A stretch of 53,171 nt of DNA, counting the filler, from Sluysia triapertura (lineage: Eukaryota): NCBI GenBank assembly GCA_046118255.1. It is 4 parts of 4 records of this genome, joined end to end, with 100 filler letters (N's around TTAATTAATTAA, not from the genome) between each part and the next. Parts side by side here need not be neighbours in the genome. Positions count along the whole stretch, not along the records: positions 36,236 to 53,171 come from JBJNIA010195377.1; 3 more parts are not named here. One strand, given 5' to 3'. Numbering within the stretch: position 1 is the first letter of the stretch; each line of letters opens with the position of its first letter. The notes below the pieces were generated by a model that worked only from the letters and a program-made list of their open reading frames with translations, was not told the origin of the DNA and searched no databases. A program made the position numbers and the translations under genes. Shown in pieces: positions 39,747-53,171 of the stretch.

Positions 39747-40674
39747 TTATCTCAAGTCTAAGTTCGTTATCATTGTTCTTACTATCTGGTTATCTAGAAT
39801 TTGAGTCTTGGATTTGTTGGATTGAAGACCACAATTGATTCTGTACTTTGGCATGGATAAAATTAGATTATCGAGGCGTCGTAAATGCATACAATCTACC
39901 ACATTAAACATAGAGTCATAACTTATCTCGAAAACGTTATGGGTATAATGACAAGAAATACCAAACTTGATGCATATTCCAAATTCAACTAATTGCGATG
40001 GACATTGTATCAAACTTTTTTTATATCTGAACATTTAGACTTGGATTGATTTTAATAAACGTAGCATAACTTGCAAGGTATGTTGATTCTGTAGTTGTAT
40101 TATGTTGGTAATTGACTTCATTATCATTAATCGTGTTCTTTCGTGATGGTAATTATTGAACATATAAGTTTTGTTGAAATGTAGCTGATGATAAGCTGAA
40201 AAGAAAATGCTTGAAAACATAACTGAAGATAACTTCTGTTAATTCAACTTTATTAAAAGCCTCATAACTAAGAGACAATTCTTTGTACTCGTCAAATTGT
40301 ATATTTAGCGTGATTTGGATATACATTTTATCATTGAACTTTAAAATTAATACCTTCACGATTTTTATAAATTATTGACATTTATAAACTATCATTTTGA
40401 GCGAAATTACGATAATGTAATTTTGTTTATACAAAACATGATTATACAAAAGATTAAACTTATTTTTTGATATATCAACTTTCCGTGTGGCATCTGAATC
40501 AAACGACCATATATTTATCTGGTAAAAATATGATGTGTTCACGTATTGATCATGTTCAGGTAGATAGATTTGATATTCTAATTTATTTACAAAAAACTGT
40601 TCTACTAATTTGGGTTTTACAATAGCATGATATCTTGTACAAGCTGATTCCACATCGGGTAATTCTGTTATCAT
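39747..40674 (-). pseudogene. Disrupted CCCH zinc-finger gene, copy A
   Basis: Long frame broken by two TAA codons and a frameshift, ending in CPSQLVEFGICIKFGISCHYTH..HLRRLDNLILSM; paralogous to 49573-50990. Confidence 0.7.
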
Positions 40675-41319
40675 TGAATATTAATCTTCAAAGTATTTCC
40701 AGTATAAAAATTTTTGATGATTTCTGTTTTCTTTATCAAAATAATTTTTTAGCTATATTAATTATCTAGTACGTTTTATTTTTTAACTTTTTTAATTAAT
40801 TCTGCTTTTTTACCAAATACATAAAGTTATTAACCTTTTAAAATAATTGTGTAACAAATGTGGCAGAGATAATTGATTATGATTAGGCGTCCAATCAAAT
40901 AAGAGAAAATGACATTCAAAAGTAATATTGATTGGAGTAACAAAAATTATTTTATGCACTCAGTAACTGTCATCAGTAGACAGTTACATAATCAAAATGA
41001 TTAAATTTATTTAAAAGCTGTCACTGATGACAGGCTAGACTCATACAGTAACAATGACAATAATGAATTAAAAATAATGATGAAATGCAAAATAATATAT
41101 AAAAGTACGTAAATTTTATTCTTTTAAATCTTTACACGAATATTTCTGTTGTGTATACGGTTTTATTACGTCTTCTCATCGCCTGATATATGATTATATC
41201 GTTATTATTACAAAGGGTGTGCTTAAGGCACTTAAAATTTTCATTTAATTCATTGAAAATAAAATAATGAAAACAGCGCATTATATTAAATTCCTCCTCC
41301 TGTTTTATCATTTATAATA

Positions 41320-42180
41320 TATTCAATACGTGGCAGTGCAGACATACTTATCCTATCTCAACGAGATAGGATGACTCGAATGTACATGTTACAATTTTAA
41401 CAAAGGCATATTGCACCAGAGCACCGTGCCGAATACATTTAAATCTTAAAACTTGAACCGTATTGCTGTTCGTCTTTTGTCTTGACGGGTCTTTAGAAGC
41501 AATGACAGTTTATATTATACGAATTTAAGTTTTTATTGTCATCACGAATCATATATCGGTTCTCATTTCTGAGTATGTCTCTATACTTATGTTCTAAAAA
41601 TTTATTTACATATACGCGGGGTGATCCTATGTCTCTCTTGGCTGAATATTAAACTCAATTATAAAAGAAGAAAAACAAAGACATTTATAAGATACAAAAC
41701 TTGAACTAACACTAACATTAATATCTGAAGCGCCGTAAACCATTTGAGAGTCTACTCGTAATGGTCTAATATTAGCATTTATTAAGTTAATTCGATCATA
41801 GACTAATGGTCTTCGATTAAAAGGTTTATTAAATATTGACATTTTGTTTTGATTACTGTAACCAAACCTTATAGCCATATGATTATTAAATTGTTTCAAT
41901 TGATTATTTCTACAATATTTCGTGATATAACTGTAGATCCAATAATTGCTATACGAGATTCAGTATTACGCACAAGCTTATATTCCTTTTCATATGCTTG
42001 CGTTATTCCATTAACCTCTAATGCAACATATTCGTTATTATTTCCATATTTTAAATTTTGAATTACATATTTATGACAAACTTAAATATTTTGATTTTCG
42101 TCAATGAATAATGGATTTAATTCTAGAATTAATTTCACTTTTAGTGTCAGCTTTTTCTGCAGACATTTCAGACAATTTTA
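41320..42180 (-). pseudogene. Decayed coding-like segment of unknown family
   Basis: Raised GC and chained open stretches (VCHKYVIQNLKYGNNNEYVALEVNG..., IRFGYSNQ..RRPLVYDRINL..., GSPRVYVNKFLEH...). Confidence 0.3.
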
Positions 42181-42487
42181 GAAAACGATTTTAAAAGGGA
42201 ACTTTAAATTACCTTGAAAATAAATTAATGAACTTAGTGAATTTTACAGCTTGACTTAAACAAGCTCAAAACGATGACTTAATTTCTTTTCCTATTCAGT
42301 TTAAAATTCTTTTATTATTGTTAATTAAATGAAAATTTCTTTGTTTTAAGAATACTTAAATACAATTAATTTCTATTATTTCAAAAATTTTTATTAATTA
42401 AACCCTTTTTAATTCTAAAATTCTAAAAGATTTTAAACCAAACATAATAAACATTTACTTTTATTTTGTAAACTTATAATTATTTAG

Positions 42488-45400
42488 AAATGGTGAATTT
42501 ATGGGTGTTGCGTATGATAAAGTCAAAACTGGTCCCGGAATTGCTTACTATCCTGCTGTCAGTTTATCAGAAAAAGATTCAGTTTCAATTAATTTCGGAG
42601 AATTTGAATTTTTGTAAGTATTTGTTATTGTCATCATAGAATTAATTATATTTTTGCTTGATGATTTTGTCATATTTTAAGTGTTTTTGAAATTATTCAA
42701 TTCGTTACACAATATATTATATAACCTGTAAAAGTTTGCGTTTTCTTACTTGTTGCATTATTTCTTATTCTCGAAGTTAATTTTTATCGTGGGAGTTACT
42801 TAGGATGTAAAAACTGCCATTTCGTTAACACTGTTAATAGTATGATGAAACACATCTTATTTTATATAATTAAATTTTTTTTAAATTCAGATTTTTGATA
42901 AGTTAAAAAATGAATGCTGGCGTGCAGGTCAGGTCATAAATGTGATAATTGCAATTCTAATAAGGAACGACGAAAAAGCTTAAAAAATTCAAAGACATTT
43001 GCATAAAGTTATTTCTGAACATCAAGTTCGATCAGCTGCGGAACATTGTAAGAAATGACAAAATTGACAATTGAATGAACTTTAGAAGTTAAATTTTTAT
43101 GGATGACATTAAGTTAACATTTTGTATTTGTCTAACTTACTTTAGATTAAAATGCCTTTATTTAGTCTTTAGTTATAAACTAATTTAAATAAAATATCTT
43201 TTTGTATTAACATTTATAAAGTTAATAAATTAAATTTAAAAAGCAAAATTATTAAAACACAATATTGAATAAATGACAACTAACTTGTAAACTAAATTAT
43301 TAATAATTATGATAAATAATTGATGACATTTTTACACAAATATTATTTTGCCTTGAAATAATAATAAAAAGTAGAGTTGATAAAAAGGATATGCTGATTA
43401 TTTTATATTTTGATCAATCAGAATGAAAATTTACAAAATGTAATATCACAGAATAAAAAAAATTGTTACATCAGAATGTCACACTTAACACTTTCAGGCA
43501 CGAAATTTTAGAAAATAAAACGATGTACGTTACACAGAAATTTAATTTATCTTGTTTTTATTAAGAAACGAATTAATATAAAAACATAAAAAATTATAAT
43601 TATTAAGTTTTATAATTGTAATTATTGGATTAGAAAAGAGATACTTAATACATAATATGATAATTTGATATATTACATAGTGATTATAAAGAAGAATAAT
43701 TTACGCCAGAATAATGCTTACTGTAAGAAAGATCATAAAGCCAATGATGATTATTATTACTTTTGAGTTTCATAAATTAACCAAATAATATTAAGAAAGT
43801 TGGTTCAAATTTAATTATTTATTTTTGTCAAAAATGAAATTTAACAAATTATGCTTGTTTTAAATAAAATTAGAAAATTTAAATATACTATACATAATCT
43901 CAGATGTTAATTCCTAGTCGGTTTTAGACTATTTATTCTTTTACTGATAATGTTCCTTAATAAAAATTTTCAACTTGTGCTTTACGTAAAACGTGTTAAC
44001 TTTATTAGTAATACTTTAATTGTTTAGCGTTATAAATGTTAACTTTATATTTATAGATTACTTCAAAGTTTATTCTCTATAATTATTTGCTGACTGAGCT
44101 TTAAAATCATAATTATCAATCTAATGGTTATTGATTCTCGTAATTTAAATTCTCGTTTAATTTATTCGTCTCTGTTGTTAGAGATAGAAGTGCTAATTAA
44201 AATTTTATAACTTTATTTTTACTCTTTAATTTTCTTTAATAAAATTTTTCGTTATTAAAAGAATATAATAACTCATGCGGTTAAATGAAGCAGATCGAAT
44301 TTCTCGTGTTAATTTTGTTCAATTTAGATAACAATTTGATCTATTGCAGTAAATTGAGCTTATCAAAATTCAACAATATAATTTATTTGGATTAAATATA
44401 TTTGTGATTTACCAAATAATAAGCCAACTATTGAATATATAGGTTCTGCTGTTTTTATAAATTTTTGTAATTTTATAGCGATTATATTCTTTCTTACACT
44501 AATTATTATAAACTTATAAAATTTAACATAAAATTTACTAGTGATTTCAGCATACTTTCTTATATTTGTAAAATTATTAATACATAATTATTTAATTTAC
44601 ATCAGCATACATTCTTATACATAGATTTATTTACAGTAATTTCAGGTATAACTTCAATATCGTTCAGATACGAAACAAATTTATTTACGGTAATATCAGA
44701 CACAAATTTTTTTTATTGTAATTCAATATAGTTTGTATGTGAAATTATTTCACTGCATTTTAATTTTAATTTTAAACAAAAATTTAAGTTTTATTGTATG
44801 ATTTAATTTAATTTATTCAAGCATTCAACATAATCATTAATTCTTAAGCAGACATTTTAATTCAGCCTTCTTTACTTTTAAAACATTTTTAACATTTCAT
44901 CATACATTTCAAACATTCCACATTAAGCATTCGCACTTTATCATTGAGTATTTCTTTACAAATATTAGACGTTTTTTATTAATAATTTTATTAATTAATT
45001 TTTACATTTTATTTACAATTAATGTTTATTATCTTAGATTAAAAGTATTATAAGTATTTTAGAATAAATTAATTTTGAGCAGGGTCGGGTTACAATATAT
45101 GACTTATGACGTAAAGTGGGCCTATCTGTAATTAATGTAAAATTTATCTTAATTACTAAAACCTCTGTAACTTTTAATTTATACAGTGACTAATCTTATG
45201 CCGAAGTGTGCAGTTATATTTAATTTGTGTAATAATATTACATCTTTATATTAAATATTATAAATTTCATGGATTTTTTATAATTTATTAAATTAAGTCC
45301 CAAAACAAGAAAAAATCGTTTATTAAGTGTTATAAAATTAACTTTTAAACAATTACTGCAATGACAAGAGTAATTAAAAAGTTTACTAAAAAATAAAAAC

Positions 45401-48061
45401 CAAATGAGTTTAAAATTAAAAAATTCGGATTTTTTAAGATTATTACTGAAACTGCCGAGAATACTAGAGCTTTTAAGTTTATATTTATAAAAGTTTATAT
45501 TTATATTGTTTTAAGAATATAATTATTTTTATTATAAATAATAATTATTTCTCATTTAAAGTTATATAATACGTATGAGTTTTTGAGGCTTTATTCTTTG
45601 TATTTATAAATTATTTTTTGTAAACAAATATGTCAGAATTCAAAAATAAGCTGTTCTGATGGGATAAAGTGTATTTGACAATATGCTAATTTTTAATTTT
45701 TGAAATAATACCATATTATCAAAAAGGATCCGATATTTGAGATTTATTTAACTATATTCAATGTTTCTAAAAACATTCATTAAAGAAAAGCAGTGTATAA
45801 ATTTCTAGTATGAGGAAAAATATGTTATTTTCGAAAAGTCAATGATGCTTTAAGAATATGTTTATGACAATATGCAGTAAAAATTATGTAGCCTGAATTC
45901 CCGCATATTTTGCAAAATTTTCTGAGCATACTTGTACATTTCTTATTGTAATTTATTATAAGATATTCCATGAAATTCCAAAAGCATGAATTTTCGTTAT
46001 CCTTCCAAAGTTCGTTATTTATTCACCATATTTTTAATGATAGATTTATACAAGATCACGATAGATGATGGACTTTGAAAAATTAAAATAATATAAATTT
46101 TTACTTTCTAACTCACCAGATGCAATCATATTGAAAAATATTTGTTAATTAGTGTAATGAATTTTTTTTAATCCAATTCAATAATTAAAATAATATAGGT
46201 ATTATGAAAATATCCCTTTATTTCCAAGATTATTATTTGTCACATTTCTTCGTTTAACGGAAACTATCTTTGGTATACCAAATTGATATGTTCAATTGAT
46301 CAAAATAACATTTGTTTTCTGATTACATGAGGCAATCAATCGAACCATTTTACTAAATTGTTCAATCAGTCACTAAAATATATTAATTTTTTCAGTACCT
46401 AAGTAAAGTAACTTTAGGTACTAATAAAATAGAGTGCACAGGCATCCATAAGAATAATTTTAATATTAACATTACGTTAATTTTCTGTTCGAATATGTAG
46501 CTAGTCGTTTTCAATAAAAACAAGTGATAAATGCTTAACGTACGGATTTATTTTGAACTGTTATCTTTATTTGATCTTCAAAATGTTTTTGATTAAAATG
46601 AATATCTTAAATTTATTTGTCATAGTAGTTTCTGAAATCTAAACGAAGACGTTTAGGAATTTGGCACAAATGATAATAATAATAATAATAAAAATAAAAT
46701 AATAATATAAAAATATTTTAAATGTTAATTTTACTTAACTCTTATGTTGTCAATTTATGTGTTTATTTTTATTTATCTTGTTTCCCGATGAATTCTTTAT
46801 ATCAGTCGAGAAACTTTTCGCATATCTAATTAACCTAGTATAAATTTATTTTCGAGGTTGAGTTAGTATTCGTCTCAGCTGTCAAAGATGGAAGTGCCAA
46901 TTAAAATTTTATAATTTATTATCTTTAAATCTTATTTTTCAATTCCCGAATATATAAAATTTCAAAACTAAACTAAAAAGAACTCTATTAACTGCACAAG
47001 ATATACCAAATTATGAAAAAAATATGTATTGCGAAATAAATGAATATTCAGGCGTAACAACTTCTAAACTTTTGTGAAATTAATTTTCTATTTAATTTGA
47101 TTTTAAATCTCACACTTTATTAAAGTTATTTAATTTGTTTTAAATCTTTTATACTTATTTAACATAATTTTATCAATTAAACTCACCGTTCAATTTGGAT
47201 ACATTTGGATTCTGCAATTTAATTTTTTTAAATAAAATCGGTTCATTGTAAACTCGATTCTATTTAACCAAATAAATAAATTTAGTTCATTTTAGCTCGA
47301 ATGAATTAAGTTCGATTTAATTGAGTTCAATCTAGCTTGAATAAACTCAGTTCAATTTATTATTTTATATATTTTGTGTTTTAATTTTCTTATGAAATTA
47401 ATTTATCTATACTATTAATTATCTTAATTAATATACATTTTAGTTATTAGTTTTATACATATTTTAAAATTGATATTAATTTTCTATATATATTTATTAA
47501 TTTTAGTTACTATTATAGTTAATATTAAATTATTAATTAATTTTATAACATACATTGCTATTTAAAACATTATTATTAATATTAACAATTACAATATTAA
47601 TATTAATATTAATAATTATTATATTTAATTATCATATTAATTATTTATCATATTTTAATTTTATCGTATTTAATTATTTAGTAATGACACAATGTTTTAG
47701 TGTCTGTGTATTTAGAAAATGCATTTCATTTTGAATTTAATTACGTTTGTATTTGATATAAAATTTTCGGTACTTGAAAAGTGAGGAAGTAACTGTAGGC
47801 ATAAGTTATGCGATTAGAATTAAATAAAAATAATTAGTTAAATTGTTTATCTTGAATTACGAGGTTCCGAATTGAATAAAATGATTTTTATTGCATTGTT
47901 TTATATATATTTGTAACAACTTATAAACGTTATAATAATTTAGGTATCCAGTAAAAAGTTATAATTTGTTATATCACCAGAATCAAAAAGATATAGCAAC
48001 GATTAAGTGCCTCATGAATTATTGGGAAAGACTCATTCCCATAGCAGTTGAAGTTTTTCAG
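42488..48061 (+). CDS. RNF123: E3 ubiquitin ligase RNF123/KPC1, two internal exons (end of SPRY domain)
   Basis: Exon 42488-42613 (NGEFMGVAYDKVKTGPGIAYYPAVSLSEKDSVSINFGEFEF) splices in phase to 47944-48061 (LYPVKSYNLL..). Matches [40 protein letters not shown]. GT-AG boundaries present. Confidence 0.85.
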
Positions 48062-48639
48062 GTTTATAATTTTTAAATAAAAACAATATTTGTAAGAAAA
48101 AATCATTATGAAAAATTCATAAATAATTTCAAATTTTATTATATTGAAATATAAACCGTACTTAGGAAACAAATGTATTGAATTTTCTTAAATTCGACAA
48201 CTTTTTAAAATGTTTTTTAAATGTAAACTAAACAAATGATAATAAAATCTCAAAAATCATAATAAAATTTGATATTGATACAAAATGATTCTTTTTTATG
48301 TAGTCAGTAAAAATTACTAAAAGCTTTTACTATACCAACAAAATGCTATGAAACATGCAGTCTGAAATTTGTTTTATAAATTTAAAATCTGCTAACAATA
48401 TGTTAGTAAAAGTAAATTCATAAATCTAATTGCACTTTAAAAATTTCAAAGGGTGGGTATAAATTACTGTTTAAATAAGATATTAATATTTTTAAATTTA
48501 AGAGTAAAATGCATATCGAACTTAATTAAACGTGTTAAATCCTATAAAGAATTATAGGTAACTTTTATTAAACGTGCGAAGACTGTTTAGAAAATTATTT
48601 ATGATATAGTGATTAGGCTAATAACTAGTATAGATAGAG

Positions 48640-49080
48640 TATACCTGGTGTTTTTATTGGTTTCTCAATTATAGCATGGTGCTTGTTAATGTAATAGTAA
48701 TGCATATTAAACAAGAAATGTGAAATGTTGCCCCATTCGAAAGTATGCGACGGCTACCATTCACAATACTGCATTCTTCTATCAGAATTTTCATCAATCG
48801 GTTCTTGAATCGCATGTAATTTCAACATTTTAATACCATCAGAATAAGTGATTCATTGGTTTATGCATCAACTTGCAATTAATTAAAATTCCTGTTTGAT
48901 TTTCATCAGTTAATTGTCTCATACTTATGGTAGTCTTAAGTATTTGTCACTGGTAAGTCTATCAATCATTTAATTATTTCGCAATTTGGCATTAGTGAAC
49001 TTAGGTATTTTTTTACTAAACTTTATTTATTGAAAATCGGGCCACATGCAGCAGCATAAATTTTTTGACCATGAAACACT
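48640..49080 (-). mobile_element. Possible Ginger/KRBA2-type integrase remnant
   Basis: Minus-strand fragments QVD, IVNGSRRILSNG (cf. IVHGKPRHSQSQG) and NKHHAII in the expected order; heavily decayed. Confidence 0.3.
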
Positions 49081-49572
49081 TTTTGTAGAAACCAGTTGCT
49101 TGAAATTTTATATATTCTACACGTCAAATTAATGAATATGTAATAAATTTTATTTGTTTATTACTTTAAGTTTACAATGTTTAAATTGTGATAAATTAAT
49201 TTTTTTCTCAATATGATCGCTTTGTTTATTATTTACATTTAGATTTTACGTTTCAAATTATGCTAAAATTAGTTAATTTTCACCTTATCAATTAAATTAT
49301 ATTATAACTATCTACACAAATTATATAAATTAGTGAGTTCTGAACTCATTTCTGGTGGCAGAGATGGAAGTCCAGTAATAATTGTGATGATATTATGTTC
49401 ATTATCTTATTAAATTTATTTAATTTACTAAATTTTTTAAGAAATTTAGAATATGAAGCTTTTAGCTTAACATTTGTTATGAAAGTAACTTCTAAATTGA
49501 TTAAACTAAAAGAAGAAAAACAATTTCTTAAATCTATTGACTATTAAATTTAAAACAAATTAAAGTTGAATC

Positions 49573-50990
49573 TTACAAAATATGCCGTTTGGGATTTATA
49601 AAAGTTCCAACATCTAAAATAAAAGATATAAATAATAAAAATTTGTTATTAGATTTATAAATTTTTACTTTATATAAATCCGAATCGTTGATTTGGCACG
49701 AGAGTTTCGTCTTCGAGCCAATTTCTGTATTTATCAATTTGTTCGTCATGGAGAGTAATAACTGTTCTAATCTGTGTCGATGTGATGTTGGGAAGCTGCC
49801 AGAGAGTATTGGTTCTTCAAGTTGGTTGATATTGTGTGCAAATCTGCATGAAGCTCCAAATTTTAGACATTGGCCGTTGAGTTTTGATTTGTAAGGGCAT
49901 AGCATTCGATTAATCTTGGTAGCATGACTATCTTTCGTTGATTCGATGACCAAATTATTACCTTGTGCATCCTCAGAATAACTTATAACATTGGTTTGAT
50001 AATCATTTTCCGGAATATTCTGTCTTCATTTAATTGTTTTATCCTTTCAGATACGATTTCTTTTGAAACTTTATCATGTAGCGTATGATTAGGGACATGC
50101 TACTAAACGTTGTGATTGGTTAATACATCAATTCCTTTCGACTTGATTGCTTCATCAATTAATTCTTTAACATCTTTGTGATCACAAAAATCTATTACGT
50201 CTTTTAACCTATCTATACCAATACGAACTCCTCTATTTATTTGATCCAATAAAGGTTTTATAATTTTATTAAGGACTTTTTTATAAAATTCAGTCGTTGT
50301 ATCGATTTTTAGGTTATTTTTATTGTCATAATCATGATTAATGCTTTCATTCGAACTTGCATATTCGTTCTCTATTTCAATGTCACGATTACTTGACTGT
50401 CGTCGGATGATTCCGGAATCACTGCATGAATATAATCCACCACTGATTTGCCAATACGATAATATATATCTATATCAATTAGGTTCATTTGTATAAGCTT
50501 AATGATCGAAGAATAATGTAGATTTGGTATGGATGTAAATATTAAATTATCTTCTAAATATTGATCTTTTCGAGATATTTTGTAGTAGATGAACTGACAT
50601 GGCCAAATTTGAATTACGAAATTTAAAGTCTTTTCTTTTAATTGTTTAGAATGAATATTGTATTTCAATGCATTTTCAACTAGATACACTAAATATTCAA
50701 TATCATGGAAATATTCAGTTTGCTTAACTATATGATCAAAAATTTTTTTACGCTTATGAACTAAATTAAATTTTCACATTCTGCACCATCTAATATTGTC
50801 ATAACATCAATTACTGTTAACTCAATATCCTTAACATGAATATGATTAAAAATCTTATTTATCTTGTTGAAAATTACTAATTTTAATATGTGACTTGGTT
50901 CTAAAATGATTTTTGAAATAGTTAGAAGATATTGATAAAGACAAATTATTAAGATTGACTTTTTGACTAATTAGCTCGACAATCATATCG
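49573..50990 (-). pseudogene. Disrupted CCCH zinc-finger gene, copy B
   Basis: FDHIVKQTEYFHDIEYLVYLVENALKY..FVIQIWP followed by CPYKSKLNGQCLKFGASCRFAH..HRHRLEQLLLSM; several stops or frameshifts between the blocks. Confidence 0.7.
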
Positions 50991-51159
50991 TTTTTAATTG
51001 TTGAAAAATTCTAAACAAAACTGTGACTTATATTATTTGTCATTGATGAAATTTTTAATGAAAGTTAATTGTCATCACAAAAATTTTTGTGTTTGAATGT
51101 AACTTTTAACGATATAATGAAACTCTGATATTTATTTTTATTTTTGATTTATTTACTTA

Positions 51160-52275
51160 TGTGTGATAGCACCACTGAACGGCTGTGTGTACGACAGTGG
51201 TTGCCCAACCATAGAAGGGAGACAAAAATAGCAATGCTAGCTCTGGTTGGACAGCCAAGGAAAACACCGCAAAGCAATCACAAGAAATGCAGACCAACAC
51301 ACGGAATCAAATAAATTGTACTGCGATCACAACCATCATCAACAGTGACGTTAACTATATATGCGAATTAAAAATGTCACTGCTGATGATGGCAGCTACC
51401 AAATTAATTTTTTGTCATTAAAATTAATAAAAATGATAATAATAATAATAATAAATAATAATGAAAGAATAAAATAATGATAGTAATAATGATAACAAGA
51501 ATGTTATTATTATTACTATTATTACTAATTGCATAAATCCTTTTTGAAAATTATACAAGACCTTCCTTTTAAATTCTTTGGTTTCTCAACATATATGAAG
51601 TTATCTAGAACTAAATATCTTTAAATGAAAATTAGTTTGAATTGGTTTGTTGTATATTTAGCAGTTCAAGATATAAATTGTAGTTCTGACGTTGTAAGAT
51701 AATATTTAAAACGTTTTAAATGTAATTTTAAATGTTGCTTGCTAATTTTAAGTGAAGATAAGTTTAGGTGTTAAATATTTTGAAATAATATAAATGTTTT
51801 ATGTGGATATTAAAATACACCTTGATGTTCTGAATGAAATAATGTTTTTAGCTGAAGATGAGCATGCATATTGAAAAGTTATGATTTAAATATTTTGAAA
51901 TAACATGTTTAAAATGGATTATACATGGATTTAAAATGTTTTGATACAGAGAAATTGATTTTGATGGATCTGAAAAGAAATAAGATATAGAAACGGTTTT
52001 GACGAATTCTAAATGGTTGTTATGTGGTATTGCAAAGAATATGATTTTAGTTATGTTTTTATTGAACTGTGAATTTAAAAATGTGAATTTGTAGATTTTG
52101 AGGGTGAGTGTGATATTGAAACATATGATTTTGATTATATTGACATGGAACTATGTATAAAATGTTTTTAGTAAATTTTAAAATGTATATTGTATATTTT
52201 GAAAGTGTATGTGGTTTTGTAATGTTCAAAAGATTTTTTAATAAAATTTGTCAAAAGTAATAGGTTGGCCAATTT
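51160..52275 (-). mobile_element. LTR-like repeat (~1.1 kb), probable solo LTR
   Basis: Colinear with 32690-33638. TGT at 51160 gives ...ACA as the minus-strand end; GTTGGCCA near 52264. Confidence 0.75.
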
Positions 52276-53171
52276 CCTATGTTTTAGTACTTTCAGATAT
52301 TATTTAAAATAAATTTAAGTCTCATTTATTACTTTATTGTAGTTTTGAATTTGAATTATTCAAATGGTAATGAGTTAAATTTCTTATACATTGTTTTTGT
52401 ATTAAATATTATGATTACATCTCACTTTATAATACAATGAGTAATTTATATCGTGGAGATGAATTATGACTTTGTGTCTGATGGTATTTTTCAATTGATT
52501 ATATTTAAAAATAAATTAAACATTTAAAACTCATGATATATGTTATATATGATAACAAAGCAAAGAATTGATGTATGATTAAAAGGAACCGCATGTAATT
52601 TGATACAAATTTGAGTATTTTTTGTAGATTATATTTAATTTACAATTTATGTGTATTGTATTTACTCTGAAGTTATTCAAATAGTATTGTTTAAATGATA
52701 CTAAATATAATTGTGAATAAATAATCCTTATTTATTTGTTTATTTCTTATCTGTGGTTTTTCCGCTGGTACGAATAATTTTTCCATAATTAGGTTCCCGC
52801 CACAGTCAATTTCTAGTAGATGGACAATTTCTTATATAGTTAAAATCATATAACTAATCTTAATATATAGATTTTTTATTCAATTAATGATTGCAATGGT
52901 TTGTGCTTGGTAGTATTTATTTCATATCTATTTTATTAAAATCGCATGTTCTTTAGTTCCTATAAAAATTACACTTAATCCGTAGTTTTACCTACTAATT
53001 AAGTATGGCAAATTCTGTTCAACGATTGTCACTTTTATTTTGTTTTCTAATTATTTTTCAAATTAAATGTTTGTTGAAATATTTTCTTAGTTTCAGAGTT
53101 ATAATTTCCTTGAATCCACTAAGATTGTTAAGATTTTTTAATTGTATTTTAACTTTGTTAAGTTATGAGTT

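Noticed and set aside
39747-40674. In-frame TAA codons as evidence of a ciliate-type alternative genetic code
   Set aside because: Conserved exons (adducin, TMEM209, RNF123) have no internal stops, intact ORFs end in TAA, and frameshifts co-occur; pseudogenisation is simpler.
47235-47360. Degenerate short repeats (GTTCA/CTCGA units) as a CRISPR-like array
   Set aside because: No constant repeat-spacer periodicity and eukaryotic context; low-complexity decayed tandem repeat.

Overview
Very AT-rich eukaryotic, almost certainly animal, genomic DNA. It is four separate contigs (1-12048, 12149-22926, 23027-36135, 36236-53171) joined by artificial 100-bp spacers (44 N + TTAATTAATTAA + 44 N), so adjacency across spacers means nothing. 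Spliced genes recognisable from protein motifs and GT-AG boundaries, all partial: TMEM209 (minus), adducin (minus), ABHD1/3-like hydrolase (plus, first two exons) and RNF123/KPC1 (plus, two exons). Introns are either about 40 nt or several kb and filled with decayed transposons: Tigger/pogo, Ty3/gypsy and LTR-like repeats, LINE fragments, TTAA-flanked piggyBac-type MITEs and a tRNA-headed repeat. Two intronless ORFs encode an atypical tetraspanin and a RacGAP1/CYK-4-like GAP domain that appears to lack its arginine finger. Also present are a disabled cullin C-terminal fragment and two diverged, disrupted paralogues of an unrecognised C-x9-C-x6-C-x3-H zinc-finger gene lying antisense to RNF123. 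All homology calls are from memory of the protein families; no searches were run. The tiny introns and AT richness would fit a reduced parasitic metazoan such as an orthonectid, but that is unverified inference. I see no prokaryotic-type system.
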